A DNA stretch of 63,984 nt, counting the filler, from Perkinsus olseni (Eukaryota): NCBI GenBank assembly GCA_013115125.1. It is 5 parts of 5 records of this genome, joined end to end, with 100 filler letters (N's around TTAATTAATTAA, not from the genome) between each part and the next. Parts side by side here need not be neighbours in the genome. Positions count along the whole stretch, not along the records: positions 13,786 to 27,436 come from JABANN010000751.1; 4 more parts are not named here. One strand, given 5' to 3'. A program made the translations under genes and the position numbers. Numbering within the stretch: the stretch's first letter is position 1; every line of letters begins with the position of its first letter. Below, one piece after another: positions 13,786-25,826 of the stretch. The notes below the pieces were generated by a model. It was given only the letters and a program-made list of their open reading frames with translations, did no database searches and was not told the origin of the DNA.

Positions 13786-14170
13786 CTCTGCGTCGTAGAG
13801 CGAATACTGTTCACCATCGGACCGTATGCAGGGTACGTGGGGTCCACAGCCCTTTGTGCGCGCTAGAATTTATCCAAAGGCGTGTGCTCGAGAAAACTGA
13901 GGGGTCGGCTTGCTCAGGCTGGGTTGATATAACTGCTGTCATTCGTCCTCTCGCTCAGACTCAGTCGTTGTTTCCTAGGTGGATCGACCGAAGCGATACT
14001 GTCATGCGCGAGTGTCATGGTTGTTGCGTCTGTCCCTTCATGAGTAGCTTCTCACGGCCCGCAAGGGCGGGGGGTATCTTTTGACGGTAGATGGACCTCA
14101 GCCGTTCGCTCATGAAGGACGACACTCTATTTGCCGTTATTATCAGTTCCATTTTCTCACACCATCATCG

Positions 14171-15938
14171 ATGCCCGATCACGTTGATCTCTCCACGACC
14201 TCTGACGTTATACTACATCACCAGCCGGTGGGTGCGCCTCAGTACCTGTATAATGACCATCCCTCCCTGTCAGGTGAGAGGATACATAGACGGTTGCTTC
14301 GACATAATGCACAGCGGCCATTACAACGCAATACGGCAGGCTAAAGGTACCCACCGGTAGGGGTTGTTGGTCATCAACTCCTCCTCAGCTCAATGTGATG
14401 TCCTGGTCGTCGGTATCCACTCTGACGAGGTGATAGCCAAGTGTAAAGCCCCTCCTGTTATGAAGCAAGAAGAGAGGTGACGATAGCAGCGCTGCTCAGA
14501 GGAGGCGTTCCTTTACTCGTTCTCCAGAATCTGGAGAACGAGTAAAGGAGTCCAGATACGAACTTTTGAAGCACATCAAGTGGGTCGATGAGATCCTCTA
14601 CGATGCGCCCTATGATATCAGCTTGAAAACGCTAGAGAAGGCACGGGCAGACTTCTGTGTAATATTTCTTGTCTCGTTGTTAGAGCAGAGGTGTCTTTGC
14701 AGTTTCCCCTCAGTTCGCCCCTTATTGTTTCCCCTCGGTAGGTCCACGGTGACGACATGCCTGTCGACGCGTCCGGCAAAGGAGTTTATGATGAGCTCAG
14801 GGATGCCGGCGTGCTTCGTATAATCAAACGTATGAAGACTTGCGATATAAGAAAAGCTGCCACCTCGACCCTTCCTCTAGGTACCGAAGGTGTTTCGACC
14901 ACCGATTTAGTAGGCCGATTGCTGCTTCTAACGAAGGACCATCTATCAGGATCCGCTCTCGACGGTGGGCTCGGCCCTAATGAGCGTAGCTGCGTCTCCG
15001 TAAGCCCGGTGTTGTATTCTATTATCATGTCCAGCTTATCAGGTACGCATGCTGACGACGACCAGGCGGATTGCAGAGTTCTCTTCGAGACGGGCTCCCT
15101 CCCCCGATGATACCGTCGTGTAATTTGCCCACGTCTTTTCTCTCCGTCATTTACCCATTCAGTTACGTTGATGGTGCTTTTGATATGTTCAACGTCGGGC
15201 ATGCAACGACATTCGAGAAGGCGAAGGCACTTGGCACGTAGGATTAGCGGATAACGGCATTGAATCTTTAGGCTCAGTCTTGCTTTGAATCCTAGGTACT
15301 TACTAGTTGGAATCTTTGACGATGACACGGTTAATAAAATGAAGGGAAATAACTACCCGATAATGAATTTACATGAACGGGTAGACTTCAATCCCTATAG
15401 GAGTTACCGGTATGACCTTTGTCCTCCCGGCTAGGTTTTGAACGTGAGTGCATGCAAGCATGTTGATGAGGTGATAATTGGTGCCCCTGTGGAGATCACC
15501 GAGGACTTGATCAAGACCATGAACATCAGCATAGTCGCGCAGGGATCGATAAGTCCGCCGCTCCGCCGCCCTTCTGCAGTTGGGGGGCGTTACATCGCCG
15601 TGCGTAGGTTCTCGCCGACGGAGGTGTCCTTCGGGCGATGAGGCCGGGACGGTGAGTGATGCTTCCACTTAGATCAATCTTGACTGGCTCCCTCAGGTAA
15701 CACAGGTTAATGAAGTGCCGAAGCGTTTGGGTATCCTTCGCGAAGTCGAAAGTGAATATCCTCATTTGACGGCCGCTGCCATCGCTGAACGCATCGCCAC
15801 CAATCGGCTAACGTACGTCCCTTCTCGTCGTGGAGGCCCCTCCTTCAGACTCCCCTCAGGTACATCAGTCGTAATAGTAAACGTAGTGCACTTGAAAATG
15901 AATATTACTCTAATAAGAAGCACATTGCGGAGATGTAG
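14171..15938 (+). CDS. PCYT2: Ethanolamine-phosphate cytidylyltransferase (two CT domains), multi-exon
   Basis: VRGYIDGCFDIMHSGHYNAIRQAK; KWVDEI..APY; VHGDD; RTEGVSTTDLVGRLLL; second domain [41 protein letters not shown]; TAG at 15936-15938. Confidence 0.93.
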
Positions 15939-16365
15939 TCGTTTCATCATCAGCAGTTGTCACGCTGAATTTTTTCGGAATGTCCCTCCATTGCATACAC
16001 GGTTTCCAAAGTGATTCTCTGCGATCGTTCTTGAGGGCAATCCTCCCCTGATGGCGCGGCGGGAGGTCTCATGGGTGTACCGTCGCCAGCCCATCACCTT
16101 TAACTTCACCAAGTTTTGTAATAGATCCTAGGGAGATCGGAACTTTTGTCGAGATTATTTGTCGTGTTGCGTTGAACCATCACAAGTAGAAGACATCAGT
16201 AGTCCGACATCAGGTTGCCTCTAGGCTGCTTAGTTCGTCTACCTAATAAATAACGATGCGTCTCAGATAACTACCGAGGCCCCTGCACTCCCTGGTCGTA
16301 TCAAACTACACGCAAGGCGGGTGACGATTGTGAGTATTCTGATGGAAACGCATTTACCACAGAGT

Positions 16366-18003
16366 TTATGACACCAACAACTCGGGGGTGAGCTCCTCCA
16401 CCTCCTGAAGCAGTTGCGTGGCCTGCTGTGACCAACCCTCTAGACGGAACTTAAGTAGCTCCAGCCTGACAGCAGGAGTAGCGGCATGAGCAAGATATGC
16501 CTGACCAATAGAGTTCACCTCTGCATGTCCAGCACTCTTGGGTTCACCCAAGTGACCTTGACAGTGCGACTAACTTCATCAATACTACCCTTTATTAAGC
16601 CCGCACACATCGTCCTGATCACAGGAAGAGATGGCGAAAATGCGCAGTCCCAGCTGATGGTCATGCTACTTGCGGAAGATATCCTCAACTTGATCATCAT
16701 TGACCCTGCACGCCTTAGCGATGTCATCGAAGGGTATAGCCGAGCGCTGCTTCTTGGGTCGTTGGAAGGCCATCTCCATCATGGCCGACAGAGACATCTT
16801 CTCTGCAACCGAAAACGACAGCATGCGGAAGAGAAGGACAGCACAAGTTATCACGTTTAAGGTCGTCGGATTCGAGTGCCTTCTTGAGTTCCGGAACGGC
16901 TTCCCATTTAGCCTTGTGATCCATGATTGCCTGGTCGAATTTCACAAAGACTCCATCGTGTAGGGCTTGGACGAAATCCATAATCCACGAGTACTGTTCG
17001 CAGGTCGGTAGGAACTGAGAAGAGGCAACTGGAGGACCTTAGCAGCCCTTTCACACACCAACCTCAGAAAAGAGTGGCTGTTGGAGGAGGTCACCGAGGC
17101 CAAATTCCTTGGGTGAAATGAGGGCGGCCACGGCAATTTTGAAGGCTAGCGGGCCTCTTTCCTTCTCCGGGATGGCGGCCAGCGGGGTGTATAATAGATA
17201 CCGCATGGACTCACGGTAAAAACTGAGGAAAAAGCATACCGCTGTGGGGCGAGGAGAGAGTGCGTTACCTCGGGGGGTCGTTCTTCTCCTGGTACATGAA
17301 AGCAGCTGCTCTATGGAAGCTGCTCCTGGCCGCTGGGTCAATCCCGTACGACCAGTCTATGTCGCTGAGATGCTCCTCAACGGCATCCAGGATCTATTAG
17401 GACAGCAGTCGGTGGCACGGCTCGGGTAGAACCCTCGAACTCACCTCCCTAGCCTGCTTCATGTCACCAGCTCTAACGAGAGCGATGGCCTTCTGAGAGT
17501 CGTAGGCCACCTGGGAGTCCTTGGATGCCTTCGACGCCATCTCGCCGTATCTGAGAGGCACCAGTGACGAGGAAGGAAGTGTTAAGATGTTCCTACTTTT
17601 CAGTCAACTTAAGCCCTTCTGAGGCAGGCATTGACTCCGCAACTTGGTCCAAAATCTCCAGCATGACGACCTAGGAGACGGCCACCTCAAGGCGGCGGAG
17701 AGCGAGGGAGAAATACCGTATTCATTTTGGCCGAGAATTGATCCATAAACTTATTCCAAAACTCCTCCTTAGTCTTGCCACCCAGCGGCCAGGCAGCATC
17801 ATTGCGAACGACCCTGAATCGTGTGATACGCTTACCAGGGATCGAACCCGGGTGCATTCCCGATAGTACCTCAAGCACTCCACAGTGAGCTGATGATACA
17901 GTTTCTTGGTAGCATAGTCTCTAAGCTTATCAAGATCTTCCTCTGGTACTTGGCCTCGGAGGGAGTCGAGGTACGACGTGTCCGGGGGGTTGGATGATGA
18001 CAT
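16366..18003 (-). CDS. RPN9: 26S proteasome lid subunit RPN9/PSMD13, multi-exon
   Basis: KKLYHQLT; FYRESMRYLLYTPL..AFKIAVAALISPKEFGLGDLLQQP; PCI domain EKMSLSAMMEMAFQRP..IPFDDIAKAC; MCAGLIKGSIDEVSRTVKVTWVNPRVLD. Confidence 0.92.
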
Positions 18004-18113
18004 TATAACCAACAATAACTACAGCAGCAGCAGTACCATTGAGTATCCCAACTAACGCGATACGGAGGGAATAATAGTAGTCGAAACGTGGGCGGTAAGG
18101 GGAGAGCCAGCGG

Positions 18114-20107
18114 TCACTCTGTGGCAGCCTCGTCCTCATCCGGGGGGTCCATACACAGGTCGGGGACATCGCTCATCGTGTCCGAGTCGGACTCCGGCGT
18201 CTGGAGGATATCTTCGGAGAGGGAAGGGGAGCTCGGGACCTGCCAAGGAGTGAGGCTTCACCTCCGGCCAGTACCTGGGCCTACCTCGTCCTCATCATCA
18301 CGGATTACAGCGACGGCAGGAGTTGCTGGCGACGAGACACTAGGCGTATCCTGGTGGACCTGAAAAGCCTCACTGAGGGCAATAGTCGTCACCAAACTGC
18401 AAGGCAGGCAGGCAGGGCCACAGAGCACACCTGTCCCTCTATTACCTCCTCTACTTGCTGGCTGGGGGCCGGCGATGAGGCCACTTCAATAACCTTCCGT
18501 TCCACTACAACATCCTTCTTCGTCCGACTATCCGCTGGAACTCCTCCGATGGTTATAGCGAACGGATTCACCACAGCAACAGGGGTGGGCGGCTTAGCCT
18601 CCTCCTTCTCTTCATGACGAGCCTTCTTGCTGTCGGCTTCTCCCGAAGATTCCTCTTCTTCCCTCTGCCGCTTGAGAGACACCATCAGCGCCGAGGTGAA
18701 CTCATCGCAGACACTGGTGCCGATCTTTCCACTGGAAGAGTCGGGAGCCTTGGCCTTCAGGCTGGTCGGGACCGGCAGCCTCCTGTGGTATAGTAGGCCT
18801 GTCGCAGCGGGCCCCATGCCGGACTCGTTCAGGAGACCCCCGCAAGCGTAGAGCAGGGAGGTGGGCACGTCGAGGTCCTCCTCGTCAGACCGGGACTCCA
18901 GCAACACACGCATGGCACAGCCGGCCACCTCACCCAAGACTTCCGGCCCGGGCTGGGATATGCGGCAAAGAGTAGCCAAGAGCCTAGAAGGGCCGCTAGA
19001 AAGCGCCGACTTATGTAGGCTGTGATCGATCAGCGCCAAACTAGGGTACGCGGTGATAAGGCGGTCAAGAGCCGAGGACAACAGACTGGCGACCTCAGGC
19101 GGCATATCAGCGAGGCCTTCCATCATGGGCTGGACATGTCGTTTGACGAGGATGGTGGACAGAAGACTGACAAGGCCGACCCCAAGTAGTGCGCATATAT
19201 CGTACAACAGGCCAACAGTCTGGGTGGCTAGAGAGCGGCCCAGTCCAACCTCGAAGGTCCTTTGCCGAGCATGGAGGAGCAAGGCCCGAGTGCAGATGTG
19301 CTGAAACTTCATCAGCTTCTTGAAGGGCACTTCCTGGCATTTGCCACTGCGTAGTAAACTCCTCACGAGCTGGCAGACCTTCACTAAGTGCTCGGGAGAG
19401 GCCTTCTGCTTCACGTTGAGCTCATCAGAGAGGACGTCTGCCAGGACCCCGGTGTGGGTGTCGGGTCCGATGTCGCCTATCTTGGACGCTGGGAGGGCGA
19501 GGAGGACATTGCAGGCCTCCATGCGCAGCAGTGCACTGTCCTCACTGAGGATGAACGGCACGAGTATGGCCATGAAACTTCCAGTAGTGGGCTTGTTGGG
19601 CCTGTAGGTCCCCTTCCGAAGGAGAGTGGATACTCCGCCCAGTACTTCAGTCGTTACAGCTGGTACGAGGACCTCACTGAACCCACCGCTACGGGTCCTC
19701 TCCCAGAGGTCAATAACCTTATTAAGTGCCTGCCCCTTCGCCTTACCGCTCTCTGGTGGCCCGCTAGCGAGGACTTCGAGAAGAACTCTGATGGTGAGGG
19801 GCAGCAGCCTGAGGTCGGAGGTGGTATCAGCGGTCATGGCCCGGCACAGTGCCGAGACCACGTTATCGAAGGATCCCATCAGACGAGCGTCGGTGGCCTC
19901 TGCCAGGGCCCCGATGAGGACAATAGCGGCCCCGCGCTTCGGGATGTCCTCCTTATTAATGATAGAGGCTATGCAGTCATTAACGAGGGGTTGAGTGATG
20001 GTGGAGCCGGTAGCGGCAGCACGGATGGCCGATGGACCAGCACGAGGCCCACCGAGACCTCCGATGAAATCAGAGAGGTTACTTACGGTAGCGGTCGTCG
20101 AGGCCAT
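18114..20107 (-). CDS. Helical-repeat protein with acidic tail, possibly RIX1/PELP1-like
   Basis: A 572-aa Leu-rich helical ORF plus short 3' exons ending SDSDTMSDVPDLCMDPPDEDEAATE*, which resembles the 'SIPDIVDADPD'-type tails of RIX1/PELP1 homologs. The family call is inference. Confidence 0.45.
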
Positions 20108-20484
20108 TGGGGAACCTCAACTTGTGAATGATCGTAGCGACTCGAGTATGGCTGCTCAAGTTGAACCTAGTAAGTCTCGGATACTAAGATACCTTTAGCA
20201 GGAGTTGATAGATTTCACGAGGAGAACCTCTAGCTAGCGGTAAAACGCCTCCAAGAAAAGTCTTGGAAGGATGAATAACAACACACTCCTGACCACGACG
20301 ATGGCCTGAGAACAGATGCGGAAGCTCATCTTATCATCAGTACCGCTTGCAAAAGTGCCGTTGAGAAAGTGCGAGATATTGCAAGAAAGCAAGAACCGTC
20401 TCCTCTGATCAAAATGATCCAATTCCCTGTACAGTTCAACTTTACAACAGCAACTTCAAAAGTTGCTTGGCTCATCAACCCTTC

Positions 20485-21525
20485 ATGGGAGTAACATTCT
20501 CTCGTCTTGGACTACTCCTACTACCTGCTGTGGCCATACAGTCTCACGTGAAGGAGAAGAAGGTTAATAAGAATTGGGTTGAACCAGAGGTCGGTCATTA
20601 TGAGAGTCACAGCCCTACTGGAGTTGGAAGTTTGCCCAGTCTTAAACTGGACATCTGGCGTGAGGACACCGGTCCCAGGGGCCTGAAATTCGAATGCAAC
20701 CTCGGTGGCTTTATCAACAGAGGTTACCTTGATGCGATACCCTCGAGTAGGACTGTGGCCCTCGGTAAAGTGGACGGCAGTGTGGATCCCTACTACCAAT
20801 CTGGGAAGTGTTCAAGGCTCAAATATGAGGGAGGGTCTACAGCTATTAACCTCGCATACTCCCTATATGAGATTTCGGTTAACAATAGGGGGTCTCCCAA
20901 GCGGCTCATGTTTCTGTGTCCCGTAGACAACCAAGGTTGGACAGTCTACCTACGTTTGGAACGAAAGAAGAGCGGGACCATCCAACGCCTCTTCTCCCCA
21001 GTACAACTCGTGAAGAGTGCCAGTTCTGAGGCGATTAGTTCCCCTCCGACGATAGAGGAAGTCACCATCCCTCCTTCGGGAGGAGAGCTTGTGGTGGCGG
21101 TGTCTCATAGGGTGAATCGAAAAGCCTTGGCTTCCCCGCGTGTTGGATACTTTACGGGTAAGGGAGATACTGTCGGAGTTGATTTAGACATCACTCCCTC
21201 CGGTGGGCAACTCACTCTTCGACCCCACTCTCGTGGAGTCCGTGTGGAGTTGGACCGTGTTCCGTTGGTAGCGGCTCCCTGGGGATGTTGGCGTTTTGAT
21301 ATGCACAAGTCTCTGCATAAGAATGTTGATACGCTGAAGGCAGTCGAGGACTTAGTCGGGATTACCTCCAACAACATGGATGACTTCCACCTTTGTTACT
21401 CTGATGGGAGATGGCAACTTCAACTCGGCAGTCCATCACCTCTCGTCGTGCCATTGGACAGGCAGGCCATGAAGAGGCACGCGTCGGTAGGTGAGGCAAC
21501 ATGGCCAATTAAGAAAAGAAGTTAA
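20485..21525 (+). CDS. Intronless hypothetical secreted protein (~346 aa)
   Basis: Uninterrupted ORF; signal-peptide-like start MGVTFSRLGLLLLPAVAIQS; two similar halves (VGHY..LFLCP..GWTVYL / VGYF..FHLCY..GRWQLQL). Confidence 0.65.
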   Translation: MGVTFSRLGLLLLPAVAIQSHVKEKKVNKNWVEPEVGHYESHSPTGVGSLPSLKLDIWREDTGPRGLKFECNLGGFINRGYLDAIPSSRTVALGKVDGSVDPYYQSGKCSRLKYEGGSTAINLAYSLYEISVNNRGSPKRLMFLCPVDNQGWTVYLRLERKKSGTIQRLFSPVQLVKSASSEAISSPPTIEEVTIPPSGGELVVAVSHRVNRKALASPRVGYFTGKGDTVGVDLDITPSGGQLTLRPHSRGVRVELDRVPLVAAPWGCWRFDMHKSLHKNVDTLKAVEDLVGITSNNMDDFHLCYSDGRWQLQLGSPSPLVVPLDRQAMKRHASVGEATWPIKKRS

Positions 21526-23047
21526 CAGCTTAACGTTTTAGTTGTGGTTGGAGTGGTATTGAGTATTAATCATCTTATTACTGTTTATAAAGTGTTAAAG
21601 CATGCTAAATGTTGTGGTTGTTGATGATGTCACAGACACCATTCTTCTGCTGTTGGGTTTCACCGTCATGGGAGGAATGACGTCCGTCCGCCTTAGTTTC
21701 AGACCATCGTCTCGCAGTTCATCTTCAAATACAATTAACCTATGCGGATAAGTTCTCTCCGCTACCCTAGCGTGATAATAGATGACGTCAAAGCAGAGCT
21801 ACTCCGAGTGGAAAGGTCACTTTCCAGGGGGGAAGAGTAGCGCTCGGGTGGATTCGTAAAGGGTGGCGGAGATGCTCAGAGCTTTCTTAGATATCTTTTC
21901 CTCAACGGCAAGTTGCTGGAAGAATATCGTGACTTGCTACTTGATAAACTGGCTCTACTAAAGGGAGAGGAGGCCAGTACGAGTGTGGGGACGTGCGAAG
22001 GAGATTCCACCGAAACCCGAAGTGACGACGCCTGACCAGCTGCACTTTCCTAGCACGAGAGTTGGCTATTTCAAGGTTCGGGAGGAGCGGGAGAAGAGAC
22101 GACGGTCGGAGATGCCGCCATTATTAGCGACAGGGAGCCGGACGTGCTGGCAGAGGGTTCGGGTAGGGACGATGAAGAAGCTGCAGTTGAAGACGGCGCA
22201 GAGGAAGGCTCCTCCGAAGTTCTCTCACTGGTCGATGAGCCCAAGGGCATCCCAATCGACGGAGACAGAAAAGGGTCGGAGCCCGATGAAGGTGGCTCTT
22301 CCAGAAGGCCTCAGTAGGGGGTTCTGTGAACTAGGTGGTGTCAGACACATCGTCGTCGCCTGGGTGCGCGGCGGAGGGCTCCGAAGATCGACTCCTTCGG
22401 GCTCATCTAGCGTCTCTGAAGACCCCGGAAGACCTTCCAACTATTAGACGGGCTCTTGTGGGTCGCTACGTCCCGCGGTCGTCGATACCTAAGGGTTCAT
22501 AGGCCTCACTCGTTCCGGTGGTTCGCCATCAAGGAGCTGCATTCACAGCTCTTGGGGGTCTGCAGATTCTGAAGGCTCTCATTGAGGAACAGCTAGCCAT
22601 TGACCTCGTCGGTCGAGTATTCTGTAAGATATTATGTTTCCCATCAACATCAGCATCAACAACATCATTATTGGTGTCGACATTCTTATTGTCATCCTCA
22701 TTATTGCCGTCATCGTTATCATCATTAATATCACAGCGACTACTGTGTAGGTTCCTTATGCGACGACGATCGGGTGACCACAGCCATTGTTGCCAGCATC
22801 GTGGATCTTGGTTTGCTTGAGTCCATCGTCCTTCGCCTAGCAGCACCCCCAGACCAAGAGCCTGAGCTTGACCGCCGGTTCAACACCTGGGTGAGCCGTT
22901 AAGGGGGCTGGTAGGGGTTGTATACCAGGGCTCGCTGTGAGTGCTCGGTGAGTCCTTCGGCCTGTCTAGGTTCGAGAAGGAATCGCCAGGTTACTGTCGG
23001 TAGATGCCCCTCGAGTTGCATTAGGGATCGTCACTATCATAGCCGAT

Positions 23048-24479
23048 ATGGAAAGCGATCAGAAGACGCTCGAGGTACTCCGACGTCGAGGCTTTGTCTC
23101 CACTTTGCAACCCTATCAGGTCCCTCTGAGTTTGCTAATGGACTGCCTTCGGGAGGAAATTATCAGCGGGAGTATCATTATGCGGAGTGTAATGGCCGAT
23201 CTCCGTCATTATAGATGCCCTACTCCGCCTATCAGATTTCCTCCAGTTTCGCAATCAACAAAAGTCGTCCGCAGGCCTGTGTGAATCTGTGCTTCGCCCT
23301 CCGTCGATTGAGGGAATCTGGTAGTAGAAAGGGGCGGGGAAATAGCCAAATTTGGCTATTTCCCATTGTAGAAGACGCGTCGTTTCTTCCCCGCTCAGGC
23401 TTCTCTTCGGGTGGTGCCGACTCTGATGAATTGTTAGGGAGCATTGTCCAATCTCTGCAACATGCGCGGGTCGTACCACGGATACTGGTAGTTTGGTTGA
23501 GGCTTTATCAGGCTCGTTTGAGACGTCTGTCAGGTAGAAGTAACCCTCGTGCTCGACGCGATGGGTGAGACCAATCTACAGTCGCTGGAGCAGGTCCAGG
23601 ATGTTTGCCGGGCTTTACGTAAGGAGGGGTCCCTTCTACCGTCATCCTTATTGCTTTGTGTCAGCCTTCCAAGGGGGAGTACAGAAGGCTGGCCTGTGGT
23701 CCATCGCTTGCATGTGTCCTAAGCTTTTTCGTCCTGGGGCAGTAGATCTACGCTTGGCGACAGCTACGGTGAGCGTAGTCAGCTCTGATGTATCCTGAGG
23801 GAGGGGTCTTGCCAGGTTGACTTGTGCGTTAAGGCTCTAACTCATCACTCCCATGAGCAGGATGTGGTGCTAGTGGCCATGGGATGCCTGTTGGAGGAGA
23901 TGAGATGTCTGGGGGACGATGAGGTAGTCTCAGCGGAGTGTCCTCACCGAGAGGGAGCCTGCCTGTGAGCTCATACATGCTGGTCATCTCCTGCGGGCCG
24001 CTGCTTATTACCCTTCTGAGTGGACTCCTTCTCCTCATCTCTTGTTAGGAAGCCTGGGACGCTGTAGTGCAGTGCGCATTCGAGGGTGGTATAGTAATAG
24101 TGTTGGAGAACATCACCATCGAGCACGGACTGGGGAATCCCCGGCTAGCCATCATGGCTGGGTGAGTTGGTACTGAATCTCCTCCTAGGCCGTGGACCTA
24201 CAAGACCTGCTCTGCCCTCGCTCGGGTCATCGTGAAGTGAGGGCCTTCTATATATCTTCTGAGCGTTTGCGCTTCTCTCTTGAAGAGTATCGACGGTCCG
24301 CCCTTAGAGAGATCATACGGACGATACGACGCCGAATACCGTGCGATAAATCACCGTTACCTGACACGTCCCCTATTCCCGAAGACCGGCCGTTTGGAGA
24401 TGTACGGAGTAAAGTGAGACCCAGGCCGCCACTTTCTAGCAGAGCATCTCCTCCTCTACTCAGGAGACGCGCACTCTAG
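23048..24479 (+). CDS. Hypothetical multi-exon protein
   Basis: ORF pieces linked by plausible introns (e.g. gtgagttgg..ctcctcctag around 24162-24188; gtgagacc..ggagcag). No recognised family. Confidence 0.35.
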
Positions 24480-24987
24480 AGCAGGGTCAGCCGCTGCCGA
24501 TCGGTCGTGGTATTCTCAAGTCAACAGCTTGCGCCGTCCCTTCACCATTGGAAGGTGAGCAGTTCTAGGTGTTGGGGACTTCGGGTGAGTGGTCAGTGTT
24601 CTTAGAAGGACGAGCACGGACGGTGTCCTTCAAGACTCCTTCACCGAGCGATACCCGAATGTGAGTTTGACGAGCGGGTCCAGTGGGCTTTTTCATTTCC
24701 GGCTTGGATTATCAGTTACCATCCAACCCCTCAAAGTGATCATCCCAGTTGCCCCTCACCACCCAGTGCTCTCAATCTCGAGGGTGATGGTGTAATAGAA
24801 AACGTTGAGGTCGCGACAGCGGGCCTTGGTGACCCTCAGCGTGAGGACACTTCATGTTTTATACAATAGCAGAGTTTCCTTTTTTTTCTGCCTTGGGTTC
24901 TGCTGGTCTAGCTCAACTGGTTCTGTTTCTCCTCATTATAGTTTTTTCTCCGCTCCCGACGGTGGTGGCTTTCCATTCAAATTCCTA

Positions 24988-25668
24988 ATGTTCGGGCAAC
25001 TGTTCGGCCTTGGCGTTGGCGCGTTGGCAGTTCGGCAAGGTCAGTTTCTCTCCGCTCCACTTCGTGCTTTTTTCTCTGTCTTACGATCAGGTATGAGATG
25101 GGCGGCTACTTCGAGCATAGTGCTACCGAAGTTACCCTGGGCGGCCTTTCGGGCTCTTAGAGGCCTTGACGGGTTTGAGTCGAAGATGTCTCGGGTGATG
25201 GGGAAATATTCTACCGGTCAGCCGTTTCGACCGGCCGTTTCGGCAGGGACCTGCGTTCTGGTGAAACGGCCGGCGGCGAAGTGGAGTGTGTTTGCGCCAT
25301 CCTCAATTTAGGATCGTTTGTTATCCCGTTTCTGTTGCAGGGTGAAGCTTGCAAGATTCTGAATCTCAGCATCGCCCGAGCGTCGAAGGAGAATGTCCGA
25401 AAGGTGGGATGGGCCGCTCGGCTGCTCATCGATTCGTCACTTCATGCTGTACACTGAGTGGTGGTACTGTCAGGCTCATAGAGAGCTCCTCCTAGCGAAC
25501 CATCCTGATAAGGGCGGAAGCACATTCATCGCTACGAAAATTAATGAGGCTAAAGACGTGAGTATACCGTACCTAGAGCAAGTCGCTCAGCTGCTCGGGC
25601 CAAGATCTTCGAAGCAGGCTCCGAGGCATTGCTCAACTGTTTAGGTACTTATCGGCAAGGGAAAGTGA
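24988..25668 (+). CDS. PAM18: Mitochondrial import motor J-protein PAM18/TIM14, 5 exons
   Basis: [60 protein letters not shown]. Confidence 0.93.
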
Positions 25669-25826
25669 TGTAGACTTGAGAATATTATAGGTTTTTATAT
25701 CTTCCTTATCAGCTGACATCTCTCGAGTAACATTTTGTGTTACCAATCTGGTGGGGGTTTGGTACGATCTGACAAAAGCAGCTTCCTTCAGATCGTTTCA
25801 GAAAGCTTGGCTCACAGAGAACAATC

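Noticed and set aside
19053..20198. Several long plus-strand ORFs
   Set aside because: Antisense shadows of the GC-rich 572-aa minus-strand ORF.
21620..22900. Acidic ORF fragments between the secreted gene and 23048
   Set aside because: Could be a spliced gene or pseudogene, but no consistent model or family could be supported.
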